Shown one piece after another: positions 6,782-14,767 of a DNA stretch of 14,767 nucleotides. This stretch comes from Candidatus Thalassarchaeaceae archaeon. Lineage in GTDB: Archaea; Thermoplasmatota; Poseidoniia; Poseidoniales; Thalassarchaeaceae. The notes under the pieces are model-generated. The model was not told the DNA's origin and did not search any database. It saw nothing but the letters and a program-made list of their open reading frames with translations. The number at the start of each line of letters is the position of its first letter. Position 1 is the first letter of the stretch. Made by a program: the position numbers and the translations under genes. The stretch covers positions 1 to 14,767 of the forward strand of contig JASLKH010000085.1 of NCBI GenBank assembly GCA_030747675.1, written 5' to 3'.

Positions 6782-7936
6782 CTAAAGTAATCCACCAATA
6801 ATTGCACTACCTGCTATCCATGCACCTGCAGTAGATCCCAAATTGGCGAATGCAGTCACAAGTAAGACACGACCAACTTTGTTTTTCCAGAATAAGGATA
6901 CTTGGTCAAGTTTCAAGAAGTTTTGCAAATCTTTAGTTGATGGTGCAGCGACTTTGAGTTGCACCAAACCTGCAAACCAACCCGCTGCCAACATTGGATT
7001 CAGTGATGTGATTGGACTTGCTATTGCCGCAGTCAGAATAGCCAAAGGATGTCCTCTGGCGATTGCTGCACCTAATGCAGCTAATGCAGCATTCAGAACT
7101 AACCAGGTCATCGCGGCTTCTTTCAATTCAGATACATTGCCATGACTAGCAATCCACGCAAACATCCCTATCATGAGAACAGGAATGCCCCATTTCACAA
7201 TCTTCCAGGCAGGATGAGGGGGTGAAACGTGATTCAATTCTTGAAATCGTTCCTTGGATAATTCCTTTCCCTCTTGAAGATTCTTTGCAACTCCTTCCAA
7301 GTGTCCCGCTCCAATTACGGCCAGTACTTTACCCTCTTTTCGAAGGTTTTGTATATTTCCTGCTAGAAATTCGTCTCGCTCATCAATGAGAACTTCTCCT
7401 GCAGCCGGGGCAACACCCTTCAACTCATCCATGAGTTGGGTAATAAGATCAGTATTTTCCAGAAGTTCATCAATTTCAATGACATCATCCTCAACCTCCT
7501 CTTCGAACAATAGAGCCGATAAAACGCGCCATTTTTCACGAAAACTCATTTTCCTCCAAGCACGCCTCAAGGTTTTTTGGATGTCTCTATCTACTAATGC
7601 AACACTCTTTTCAGATTCTTTTGCTGCTTGTATGGCGGCCAGTAAATCTGTTCCAGGTTTTTCACCTTCAGCTAGACCCATCCGACGTTGTTCAACAGCC
7701 AGCATCGATTGGAAGAGGACGAGTGGTGCTTTCCCTTCTCGCAATACCTTTCCCAGAGTTTCATTATCGAATCGATCAGGTTGTACCAGTGCATCAAGTC
7801 TACTTTTGCATAATTCTACTGCTACAATGTCGGGATCATATTCCTCAACTTCTCGACGTGCCGCATCAGCACTTGTTTTGGAAATATGTGCAGTCCCTAG
7901 CAATCTGAGATTTTCATCGATATCGATGACAGTCAT
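6782..7936 (-). CDS. TraB/PrgY (TraB/GumN, pheromone-shutdown-like) family protein with C-terminal membrane region
   Basis: 'LLGTAHIS', 'PDIVAVELCKSR', 'LVDRDIQKTLRRAW', 'LIDERDEFLA' and 'VLAVIGAGHLEG', followed by a hydrophobic C-terminus with 'GHPLAILTA...SPITSLNP..AAGWFAG'. Its start overlaps the folP stop (ATGA, 7933-7936). Confidence 0.9.
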   Translation of the reverse strand: MTVIDIDENLRLLGTAHISKTSADAARREVEEYDPDIVAVELCKSRLDALVQPDRFDNETLGKVLREGKAPLVLFQSMLAVEQRRMGLAEGEKPGTDLLAAIQAAKESEKSVALVDRDIQKTLRRAWRKMSFREKWRVLSALLFEEEVEDDVIEIDELLENTDLITQLMDELKGVAPAAGEVLIDERDEFLAGNIQNLRKEGKVLAVIGAGHLEGVAKNLQEGKELSKERFQELNHVSPPHPAWKIVKWGIPVLMIGMFAWIASHGNVSELKEAAMTWLVLNAALAALGAAIARGHPLAILTAAIASPITSLNPMLAAGWFAGLVQLKVAAPSTKDLQNFLKLDQVSLFWKNKVGRVLLVTAFANLGSTAGAWIAGSAIIGGLL

Positions 7937-8766
7937 AGATCCACCTCGGGCCGAAGGGTAGCAAGTGTGTTGAGAAAATCCATGTGTTCCTTGACATCGT
8001 GTACTCTGAGAATGTCGACACCCTCTGACATTGCGTGAGCTGCAACACCTAAGGTTCCAGCCAATCTATCATTTGTACTATCTCTTCCTAGCAGTTGATG
8101 GAACATCGATTTGCGACTAACTCCCCACAAAATTCTATATTTCGAATTACCGCGTGAATGAAGCAATTCAAGATTATGATTCAATTTTTTCCCAAAACCG
8201 ATACCCGGGTCGAGGCAAATCAGATTTTTTTGATGTCCTTTTTCAACCAGTTTATCGGCGATCGAATTCAATTCTGAGTAAACTTCTTGGAACACATCGG
8301 AATAGTTTGGGTTAGTTTGCATGTTACCAGGTTCACCTTGCATATGCATAATGCAAACAGCGCATTCTGCATCTAGAATCACTGATTGCATCTCAGGATC
8401 TCTCAAACCGCTCACATCATTCACCATGTTCGCGCCAGATTCTAATGCAATTCTTGCAACTTCAGCACGTCGAGTATCTATCGAAATCAGACCATTTGGA
8501 TTTGCTTTGCGTAGTGCTTCTATCAGAGGTATTACTCTTGCAATTTCCTCTGTGGGATCAACTGCTTTTGCTCCTGGTCGTGTCGACTCGCCGCCTATGT
8601 CAATCCAATCAGCACCTTCTTCCCACATTTTCAATCCGTGTGCAATAGCATCATTTCCGCTAAATCTGGATTCTGAATGGAATGAATCCGGTGTAGTATT
8701 GATGATTCCCATCAATCTGGGTCGCCCATCCGGACGGCGACGCAAAAAGGGTCCCAAGTCGACCAT
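7933..8766 (-). CDS. folP: Dihydropteroate synthase (bacterial type)
   Basis: 'MGIINTTPDSF', 'GADWIDIGGESTRPGA', 'ISIDT', 'VNDVSG', 'CIMHM', 'LDPGIGFGK', 'GVSRKS' and 'ILRVHDV'. Confidence 0.93.
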   Translation of the reverse strand: MVDLGPFLRRRPDGRPRLMGIINTTPDSFHSESRFSGNDAIAHGLKMWEEGADWIDIGGESTRPGAKAVDPTEEIARVIPLIEALRKANPNGLISIDTRRAEVARIALESGANMVNDVSGLRDPEMQSVILDAECAVCIMHMQGEPGNMQTNPNYSDVFQEVYSELNSIADKLVEKGHQKNLICLDPGIGFGKKLNHNLELLHSRGNSKYRILWGVSRKSMFHQLLGRDSTNDRLAGTLGVAAHAMSEGVDILRVHDVKEHMDFLNTLATLRPEVDL

Positions 8767-8787
8767 ATAATGCCCGGGTAGCGCGCA

Positions 8788-9501
8788 ATGGTTTATGATG
8801 TGCGCAGAGGCCGTTGGCCTCTCGTGGACACTGGGGCTACTAGCAGAAGCACGGCAATAGTGCCGTTCGACGCAGAATCCGATGAGCCTAGGCTATCCGT
8901 CGCAGATGAGGCCGGAGAACTCCCTTCCACTGATGCGTTGGAATTAGCGGAATCGATTTTGCAACGCTTGAAACCATCAGATCGTCATGAGATGGGGCAA
9001 ATGGTATTTCGAAATGCAATGGCTTCAGGAATCCTTGTGATGCTTGTTGTATTGTTCTGGTGGCTTACAGTTACAGTCTTCGGAGATGAATTAGGTTCTG
9101 ATGAAGCCCCGGCTTCACTCATTTTAGGTTGGAATTACATGGTTGTGGCTGCAGTAGTTCCATTCTTGGTATTCGTAGCAACAGTGTTGATGAAGTTGTC
9201 CCAAGAAAGAAGTGAACCATGGCCTGGTTTCTTGGCCGGTGCAATGCTGATTCTTGGCGTATTTATGGCTGTTGAGCCGATTGGGCATATGGCCTTTGGA
9301 GATGCACCATCTCAAATGATGCTTCATTCATCGAGACTAATTGCATTGGGTGTAATGGTTCATTATTGTGCATCATTATTTCTCGATGCGTTGCTTCTTT
9401 CTTGGGTCCGAAATCTCTTGGGTGTTTTCCCAATTGACATTTCTCCTATTGAAACACCGAGCTATGATGGACACACTGAAGAAGGACCTCCTACGGCTTG
9501 A
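8788..9501 (+). CDS. Hypothetical integral membrane protein (about 4 TM helices, acidic soluble N-terminus)
   Basis: 237-aa ORF filling the gap between folP and trm56, with four long hydrophobic segments. The stop at 9499-9501 abuts trm56. The start is uncertain (ATG 8788, or in-frame GTG 8800 or 8860). No family recognised. Confidence 0.7.
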   Translation: MVYDVRRGRWPLVDTGATSRSTAIVPFDAESDEPRLSVADEAGELPSTDALELAESILQRLKPSDRHEMGQMVFRNAMASGILVMLVVLFWWLTVTVFGDELGSDEAPASLILGWNYMVVAAVVPFLVFVATVLMKLSQERSEPWPGFLAGAMLILGVFMAVEPIGHMAFGDAPSQMMLHSSRLIALGVMVHYCASLFLDALLLSWVRNLLGVFPIDISPIETPSYDGHTEEGPPTA

Positions 9502-9506
9502 GTTCA

Positions 9507-10061
9507 ATGCGAGCCAATGTAACAGTTGTCCGTTTAGGTCATCGCCAACAGCGTGACAAGCGAATAACTAGCCATCTTGGCCTAACAGCACGAGCAATGG
9601 GTGCATCCCATTTTGTACTGTGCGGGGATAATGATCCCAGTGTTTTAGCGACATTAAATGATGTGACAAACAACTTCGGAGGAGATTTTACCTCAGAACA
9701 TCAAAGTAAGCCAATGGGTTGGTTGAAGAGGTTTTCAAAGGGAGAAGGTCGAATAGTTCACTTGACAATGTACGGTGAATCATATGACTCTGTAACATCT
9801 TCTATTCCAATTGATGAGCCCATTGCAGTTGTTGTTGGTGGTGCCAAAGTTCCAGGAGATATTTACAAACTTGCAGATTACAATATTTCTGTTGGAAATC
9901 AACCACACTCAGAAGTAGCAGCATTGGCTCTTTTTATGGGCGAAATGATGGGTGGAGTAGCTGGACAGGAGAATTTTCCGAATGCCCGGCTGGAGGTACA
10001 AGGTCACCCTTCGGGAAAGGTCGTGATTGACCATTCTGACGGCTCCCCCACAAGTCAATGA
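9507..10061 (+). CDS. trm56: tRNA (cytidine(56)-2'-O)-methyltransferase, archaeal SPOUT family
   Basis: 'VVRLGHRQQRDKRITSHLGLTARAMGA', 'VHLTMYGE', 'VVVGGAKVPGDIYKLADYNISVGNQPHSEVAALALF'. ATG 9507 is preferred over the TTG at 9498. Confidence 0.92.
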   Translation: MRANVTVVRLGHRQQRDKRITSHLGLTARAMGASHFVLCGDNDPSVLATLNDVTNNFGGDFTSEHQSKPMGWLKRFSKGEGRIVHLTMYGESYDSVTSSIPIDEPIAVVVGGAKVPGDIYKLADYNISVGNQPHSEVAALALFMGEMMGGVAGQENFPNARLEVQGHPSGKVVIDHSDGSPTSQ

Positions 10062-11416
10062 TTATAACCGGATTTCGGGGAGCATTTCAGGGTGCAGAGG
10101 TGACGTTTACTTCGGGCTTCAGTCCCGGTGGTGGCCAATCTGGTGTTTCGAAAGCATTTGTAGCACGTGACGCAGCCGATTTATTACTCTCTGATTTGTC
10201 GAATAAAAAAAGTGAAACAGCCTCTGGGCGAGGCGTTTTACTACTTGCCGATGGTTCAAGATATGAGGGTGATTTGTTTGGTGCAGAAGCAATTGCCGAA
10301 GGTGAATTAGTATTCACGACTAACATGACTGGATATCAAGAATCATTGACAGACCCTTCTTTCGCTGGTCAAGTTTTGACTTTTACTTGGCCCTTACTCG
10401 GCAATTATGGAATTCTCCCTGGTATTTCGGAGAGTTCTGGTGTTTGGCCCCGAGGAGTTGTATGTCGGGAAATCATGGATGAGCCAGATCACCGTCATTG
10501 CATTGGTAGTGTCCATGAATTTTTATTGGCACATGGCGTACCGGGTATTTCAGGAATTGATACTAGAGATGTGACTTGCAGAGTGCGCGAGTATGGTGTA
10601 ATTTTGTGTATTTTCGGGCCGATTTCTAAGGAATCTGAAATGGTTGAAATATTGAAAAATATGAAATCACCTGATTTGGAAGATTTAGCCGATGAAGTTA
10701 GTCGAGATGATGCAGTATTCCTCAATGAGGGTGCTACAGATGGAGATGGCACACCATTACCTCGAGTTGCAGCACTTGATTGTGGTATTAAGTACAATAT
10801 TTTGAGAGAATTATGTCAAAGATTCGAAGTGCTATGGTGTCCACCTGATATGGATTATAATCAACTTCGAGATGAGTACCAAATTGATGCGCTATTCTGC
10901 TCAAATGGCCCAGGGGACCCTGCTCACCCTGGGAAGGCGACCGACGCGCGGCATACGTTGGCCAAAGCAACAAAAGATGGATTGCCAGTAATGGGTATTT
11001 GTTTAGGTCATCAACTAATGGGGTTGGCTAGTGGTTTACGGACGTACAAATTGAGATACGGTCATCGGGGAGGAAATCAACCAGTATTGGATTTACATAC
11101 CAAGAAGGTGAGTATTACTAGCCAGAATCATGGCTTTGCTGTCGAAGACCCTGTGAAGGGAATGCTAGCGCCACACCCCTCAGGTGCTAATTCGGGAGAG
11201 GTGGATAATTTAACTGATTGTGAAGTTGAAGTTAGATTTGTAAATGCAAACGATCGTACAGTCGAGGGTTTAGATGTGAAAGGCCGTCCGGCCTTCACTA
11301 TCCAATACCACCCTGAAGCCTGCCCAGGTCCACACGATGCCAACCCTTTGTTCGATAGATTTGCAGATTTGATAGCCAATCATTTGGAGGTGAAAGCGGA
11401 TGCCAAGACGCGATGA
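10058..11416 (+). CDS. carA: Carbamoyl-phosphate synthase small (glutaminase) subunit; true start may be downstream (e.g. TTG 10196)
   Basis: 'GVLLLADGSRYEG', 'GELVFTTNMTGYQESLTDPSFAGQ', 'SNGPGDP', nucleophile 'GICLGHQL', 'QNHGFAV' and 'QYHPEACPGP'. The first ~46-55 aa do not resemble CarA. Confidence 0.93.
   Translation: MIITGFRGAFQGAEVTFTSGFSPGGGQSGVSKAFVARDAADLLLSDLSNKKSETASGRGVLLLADGSRYEGDLFGAEAIAEGELVFTTNMTGYQESLTDPSFAGQVLTFTWPLLGNYGILPGISESSGVWPRGVVCREIMDEPDHRHCIGSVHEFLLAHGVPGISGIDTRDVTCRVREYGVILCIFGPISKESEMVEILKNMKSPDLEDLADEVSRDDAVFLNEGATDGDGTPLPRVAALDCGIKYNILRELCQRFEVLWCPPDMDYNQLRDEYQIDALFCSNGPGDPAHPGKATDARHTLAKATKDGLPVMGICLGHQLMGLASGLRTYKLRYGHRGGNQPVLDLHTKKVSITSQNHGFAVEDPVKGMLAPHPSGANSGEVDNLTDCEVEVRFVNANDRTVEGLDVKGRPAFTIQYHPEACPGPHDANPLFDRFADLIANHLEVKADAKTR
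11386..11393 (+). promoter_or_regulatory. Ribosome-binding site GGAGGTGA for carB
   Basis: Perfect GGAGGTGA 6 nt before ATG 11400, inside the carA 3' end. Confidence 0.8.
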
Positions 11417-14400
11417 TATTCAGAAAGTTATGATTCTTGGCAGTGGCCCAATTAGAATTGGTCAGGCTGCAGAATTCGATTTCTCCGGTTCACAAGCTTG
11501 TAGGGCTTTACGTGCTGATGGATATGAGGTAGTGTTAGTCAATTCCAATCCAGCTACAATCCAAAACGACCCTGAAATGGCCGATCGGATTTACATCGAA
11601 CCCTTACTTCCCGATGTCGTACATCGAATCCTTGAGATTGAGAAACCCGATGCATTACTTGCAGGGATGGGAGGTCAAACAGCTCTCAATATTGCTAGTA
11701 ATCTTGCTCACAGTGGCGCACTCGCCCAACTTGGAGTTGAATTAATTGGTTGCAATCTGAGATCTATTGATGAAGCTGAAGATCGAGATTTATTCAATCA
11801 AGTATGCGAAGAAATTAACCTTCCAATTTCACAGGCAATGGCTTGCAATTCGATTGATGAAGTACTTGCAGCAGCTGAAGAACTTGGAAAGTATCCAATT
11901 TTAATTCGGCCCGCATTCACTTTAGGTGGTTTAGGAGGGGGCACTGCTTGGAACACAGGCGAATTAGTCGAGATCGCAAGTCAAGGTATACTTCATTCCC
12001 AAATCGGACAAGTATTGATTGAAGAAAGCATTCTTGGTTGGCAGGAATTTGAATACGAGGTTATGAGGGATGCTAATGATAATTGCACCATAGTTTGTAC
12101 TATGGAGAATATTGATCCCATGGGTGTCCATACCGGTGAATCCGTTGTGGTTGCTCCAGCTCAGACGCTTTCAGATCGTGATCACCAGGGTTTGAGGGAT
12201 GCAGCCCTACGATTGATTCGACGATTGGATATCAAAGGAGGATGTAATGTACAATTTACAGTAAATCAAGATACAGGTGAATTCAGAGTCATTGAAGTAA
12301 ATCCCCGGGTGTCACGTTCCTCGGCTCTTGCATCTAAGGCTACAGGTTATCCCATTGCTAGAATGGCGGCATTGATTGCAGTTGGGTATACCCTTGATGA
12401 GTTACCAAATCCAATTACAGGAGAAGGTACGACGGCAGCCTTTGAACCCACATTGGACTATGCCGTGGTCAAAATCCCTCGATGGCCCTTTGACAAATTC
12501 CGTACTGCTGACAGGACTTTGGGGACGAGCATGAAATCGACAGGAGAAGTAATGGCAATAGGGCGTAATTTTGAGGAGGCTTTCTTGAAGGCAATCGCCT
12601 CACTTGAATACGGGCAACCTCACCCTCGTCCACTTACACTTGCCGATGCCAGTGATGGAGAAACGATGGATGAAAGAGCTCATGAACCTCTCCCTGAAGA
12701 TGTATTATCAAATTGGTTGAAAGTACCTACTGATCGCCGTATGGGTGCATTGGTTGAGGCCTTCCGAAGGGGAATGGGTATCGAAGAAGTTCGTGAAGGA
12801 ACTGGAAATATAACACGTTGGTTCCTTCACCGTTTCAAGAAAATCGCTGATATGGAAGCGGAAATTGTTACGGCCAGTTGCGCCCCAAATCAAATTACAG
12901 AAGCACAGATGCGAAAATGGAAGGGATTAGGTTTCACAGACGCCCACATCGCAGACGCTCTCTCAGGATTCCCTGCATCGGGTTGGAATAGATTATCTGA
13001 AGGAAAAACTGAGATTGATGTTATGAAACGTCGTCATGAATTAGCCATTCATCCAAGGTTTCGCATGGTCGATTCTTGTGCAGCAGAATTTGCAGCAGTT
13101 ACGCCATATTACTATGCGACCTATGAAGGTGGAAGTGCACCCTTAGGTGTCGATCATGTCCCTTCTGAAAAGAAAGCCGACAAACGCCGCCTCGTTGTTA
13201 TTGGTTCAGGGCCAATTCGGATCGGACAGGGAATCGAGTTTGACTATGGCGCAGTCCATGCAGTTCAAGCAATTCGTGAAGCAGGACATGAAGCGATTTT
13301 AGTTAACAATAATCCCGAAACTGTGAGCACAGATTTCGACACCTCAGATCGCCTTTATTTTGATCCATTGACCTCTGAATGTGTTGCAGAAATTCTTCTT
13401 CGTGAGGGAGCGGATGGTATTCTATTGCAATTTGGTGGACAAACCGCCATCAATCTCGCCCTCCCCTTAGATGGCCGAATGCCCCACCTTAGTGAGCAGG
13501 GTCTGTCATGCTCAATGCTGGGTACATCACCTGACGCTGTAGATGAAGCTAGTGATCGAGAGCGCTTCGAAGCCTTTGGCAAGCGAAGCAGTATACGATT
13601 ACCAGATGGCCGAACAGGAAAAACTCCTGAAGCAATTCGGGCAGCAGTTCAAGAAATTGGCTATCCAGTATTGGTCAGGCCATCTTACGTTTTGGGTGGG
13701 CGTGGCATGGAGATTTTGACAGATGATTCTCAATTGGAGACTTACATGGCTGATGCATATATTGCTCCTGACAAACCTTTGCTTGTGGATGAATATTTGG
13801 GCGGGGCCATAGAATTGGATGTCGATGCAGTTTGTGATGGTGAAGATGTATTGGTTGGAGCTGTTATGGAGCACTTGGAAGAGGCAGGGATTCATAGCGG
13901 AGACTCGACATGTTTTATCCCTACGCAAAATGTAAGTGAGGAAATACTTACAAAAGTCCATGAATGGACAAAAGAGATTGGGATTGGCTTGAATATTAGG
14001 GGCTGTTTCAATATACAATTCTGTATTTGCAAAGGAGAACTATACGTTCTAGAAGTTAATCCTAGAGGTTCACGAACATTTCCTTTTGTGGCAAAAGCTA
14101 CTGGCATACCTTTGGCCCGTATTGCTGCCCACATTACGATTGGAGAACAATTAGCGAACATGGAGATTCCAAGAAGACAAACAGATGCAGTTTGTGTCAA
14201 AGCGCCGGTATTTCCATTCCTCAAATTGCGGGGCCTTGATCCCGCACCAGGTCCTGAAATGAAAAGCACAGGGGAAGTAATGGGGAGCCATGTAAATCCA
14301 GCAGCAGCATATCTCAAAGCACGTTTAGCAACAGAACTTCCCGTGCCGACTCGAGGTGGTGTTTATCTTACGGTGAAAGATGAAGACAAGGAAGGCCTAA

Positions 14401-14756
14401 TTCCAATTGCAAATTCACTAATAGAAATGGGCTTTACTTTGCATGCGACAAAAGGAACTGCCAGATATCTTCGTGATGAAGGTGAGTTGGATGTTTCAAC
14501 TTGTTACAGGATTGCCGAGGGCCAAAGTCCAGATGCACTAGATTTGATGCGAAATGGAGACATTCAATTAATCATCAACACACCAAGAAATTCTGGTGGC
14601 GCAGTTCTTGATGGGAATATGATGAGAAGACTTGCTGTTGAGTTAAATATACCATTTGTGACAACAATGAGTGGAGCTCGAATGGAAGTTCAGGCAATTG
14701 CCGTTGCTCAAGAGGGAATGCCAGAACCAAGGCGGTTAGTAGTTGACTATATCTGA
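11400..14756 (+). CDS. carB: Carbamoyl-phosphate synthase large subunit
   Basis: 'MPRRDDIQKVMILGSGPIRIGQAAEFDFSG', duplicated second half 'VIGSGPIRIGQGIEFDYG', ATP-grasp motifs 'IEVNPRVSRSS' and 'LEVNPRGSRT', 'MKSTGEVM' twice, and a C-terminal MGS-like allosteric domain. Overlaps carA by 17 nt. Confidence 0.97.
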   Translation: MPRRDDIQKVMILGSGPIRIGQAAEFDFSGSQACRALRADGYEVVLVNSNPATIQNDPEMADRIYIEPLLPDVVHRILEIEKPDALLAGMGGQTALNIASNLAHSGALAQLGVELIGCNLRSIDEAEDRDLFNQVCEEINLPISQAMACNSIDEVLAAAEELGKYPILIRPAFTLGGLGGGTAWNTGELVEIASQGILHSQIGQVLIEESILGWQEFEYEVMRDANDNCTIVCTMENIDPMGVHTGESVVVAPAQTLSDRDHQGLRDAALRLIRRLDIKGGCNVQFTVNQDTGEFRVIEVNPRVSRSSALASKATGYPIARMAALIAVGYTLDELPNPITGEGTTAAFEPTLDYAVVKIPRWPFDKFRTADRTLGTSMKSTGEVMAIGRNFEEAFLKAIASLEYGQPHPRPLTLADASDGETMDERAHEPLPEDVLSNWLKVPTDRRMGALVEAFRRGMGIEEVREGTGNITRWFLHRFKKIADMEAEIVTASCAPNQITEAQMRKWKGLGFTDAHIADALSGFPASGWNRLSEGKTEIDVMKRRHELAIHPRFRMVDSCAAEFAAVTPYYYATYEGGSAPLGVDHVPSEKKADKRRLVVIGSGPIRIGQGIEFDYGAVHAVQAIREAGHEAILVNNNPETVSTDFDTSDRLYFDPLTSECVAEILLREGADGILLQFGGQTAINLALPLDGRMPHLSEQGLSCSMLGTSPDAVDEASDRERFEAFGKRSSIRLPDGRTGKTPEAIRAAVQEIGYPVLVRPSYVLGGRGMEILTDDSQLETYMADAYIAPDKPLLVDEYLGGAIELDVDAVCDGEDVLVGAVMEHLEEAGIHSGDSTCFIPTQNVSEEILTKVHEWTKEIGIGLNIRGCFNIQFCICKGELYVLEVNPRGSRTFPFVAKATGIPLARIAAHITIGEQLANMEIPRRQTDAVCVKAPVFPFLKLRGLDPAPGPEMKSTGEVMGSHVNPAAAYLKARLATELPVPTRGGVYLTVKDEDKEGLIPIANSLIEMGFTLHATKGTARYLRDEGELDVSTCYRIAEGQSPDALDLMRNGDIQLIINTPRNSGGAVLDGNMMRRLAVELNIPFVTTMSGARMEVQAIAVAQEGMPEPRRLVVDYI

Positions 14757-14767
14757 TTAGCAAGCAT

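Noticed and set aside
6782-7936. TraB-named gene as evidence of a conjugative or mobile element
   Set aside because: It is the TraB/PrgY (GumN) family that is widespread on archaeal chromosomes. No relaxase, T4SS, integrase or terminal repeats are visible.
7386-7961. 191-aa + strand ORF
   Set aside because: Antisense shadow of the TraB gene, Ser-rich, no recognisable motifs.
8321-8770. 149-aa + strand ORF
   Set aside because: Antisense shadow of folP.
9507-10061. Trm56 lacks the C-terminal HD-like extension known from Thermoplasma acidophilum
   Set aside because: The short stand-alone SPOUT form is the normal archaeal state, so this is not unusual.
10062-10195. Possible tRNA or C/D-box sRNA in the trm56-carA region
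   Set aside because: No cloverleaf or GTTCRANYC T-arm on either strand. The box-C-like ATGATTA (10058) and the CTGA (10191) are about 130 nt apart, too far for a typical C/D sRNA.
13599-14317. 139-aa and 141-aa - strand ORFs
   Set aside because: Both lie wholly antisense to conserved carB, with no motifs or RBS.

Overview
Archaeal chromosomal segment, most likely from a marine Thermoplasmatota (Marine Group II/Poseidoniales-like). This is inferred from the archaea-specific Trm56, the GGAGGTGA-type ribosome-binding sites, and the flotillin, TraB and bacterial-type FolP gene content; no database check was possible. It holds 11 densely packed genes. On the + strand: the 3' end of a flotillin gene, then a two-gene molybdoenzyme complex (a 4x[4Fe-4S] subunit fused to an NrfD-type membrane anchor, and a Cys-ligated Psr/Phs/Ttr/Arr-clade catalytic subunit with no convincing Tat signal). 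Converging on it from the - strand: folP, a TraB/PrgY-family gene, a thiolase and a TauE/SafE transporter. Then, on the + strand: an orphan membrane protein, trm56, carA and carB. No rRNA, tRNA, CRISPR or mobile element was seen. The best candidate for an undescribed system is a cytoplasm-facing molybdoenzyme-quinone complex. It appears to share a bipartite upstream element (CGTTGAA-N12/13-TTCG[G/C]CGGTTCATG) with the convergent thiolase-TauE gene pair, which suggests a co-regulated sulfur or organosulfur module. Its substrate cannot be read from the sequence.
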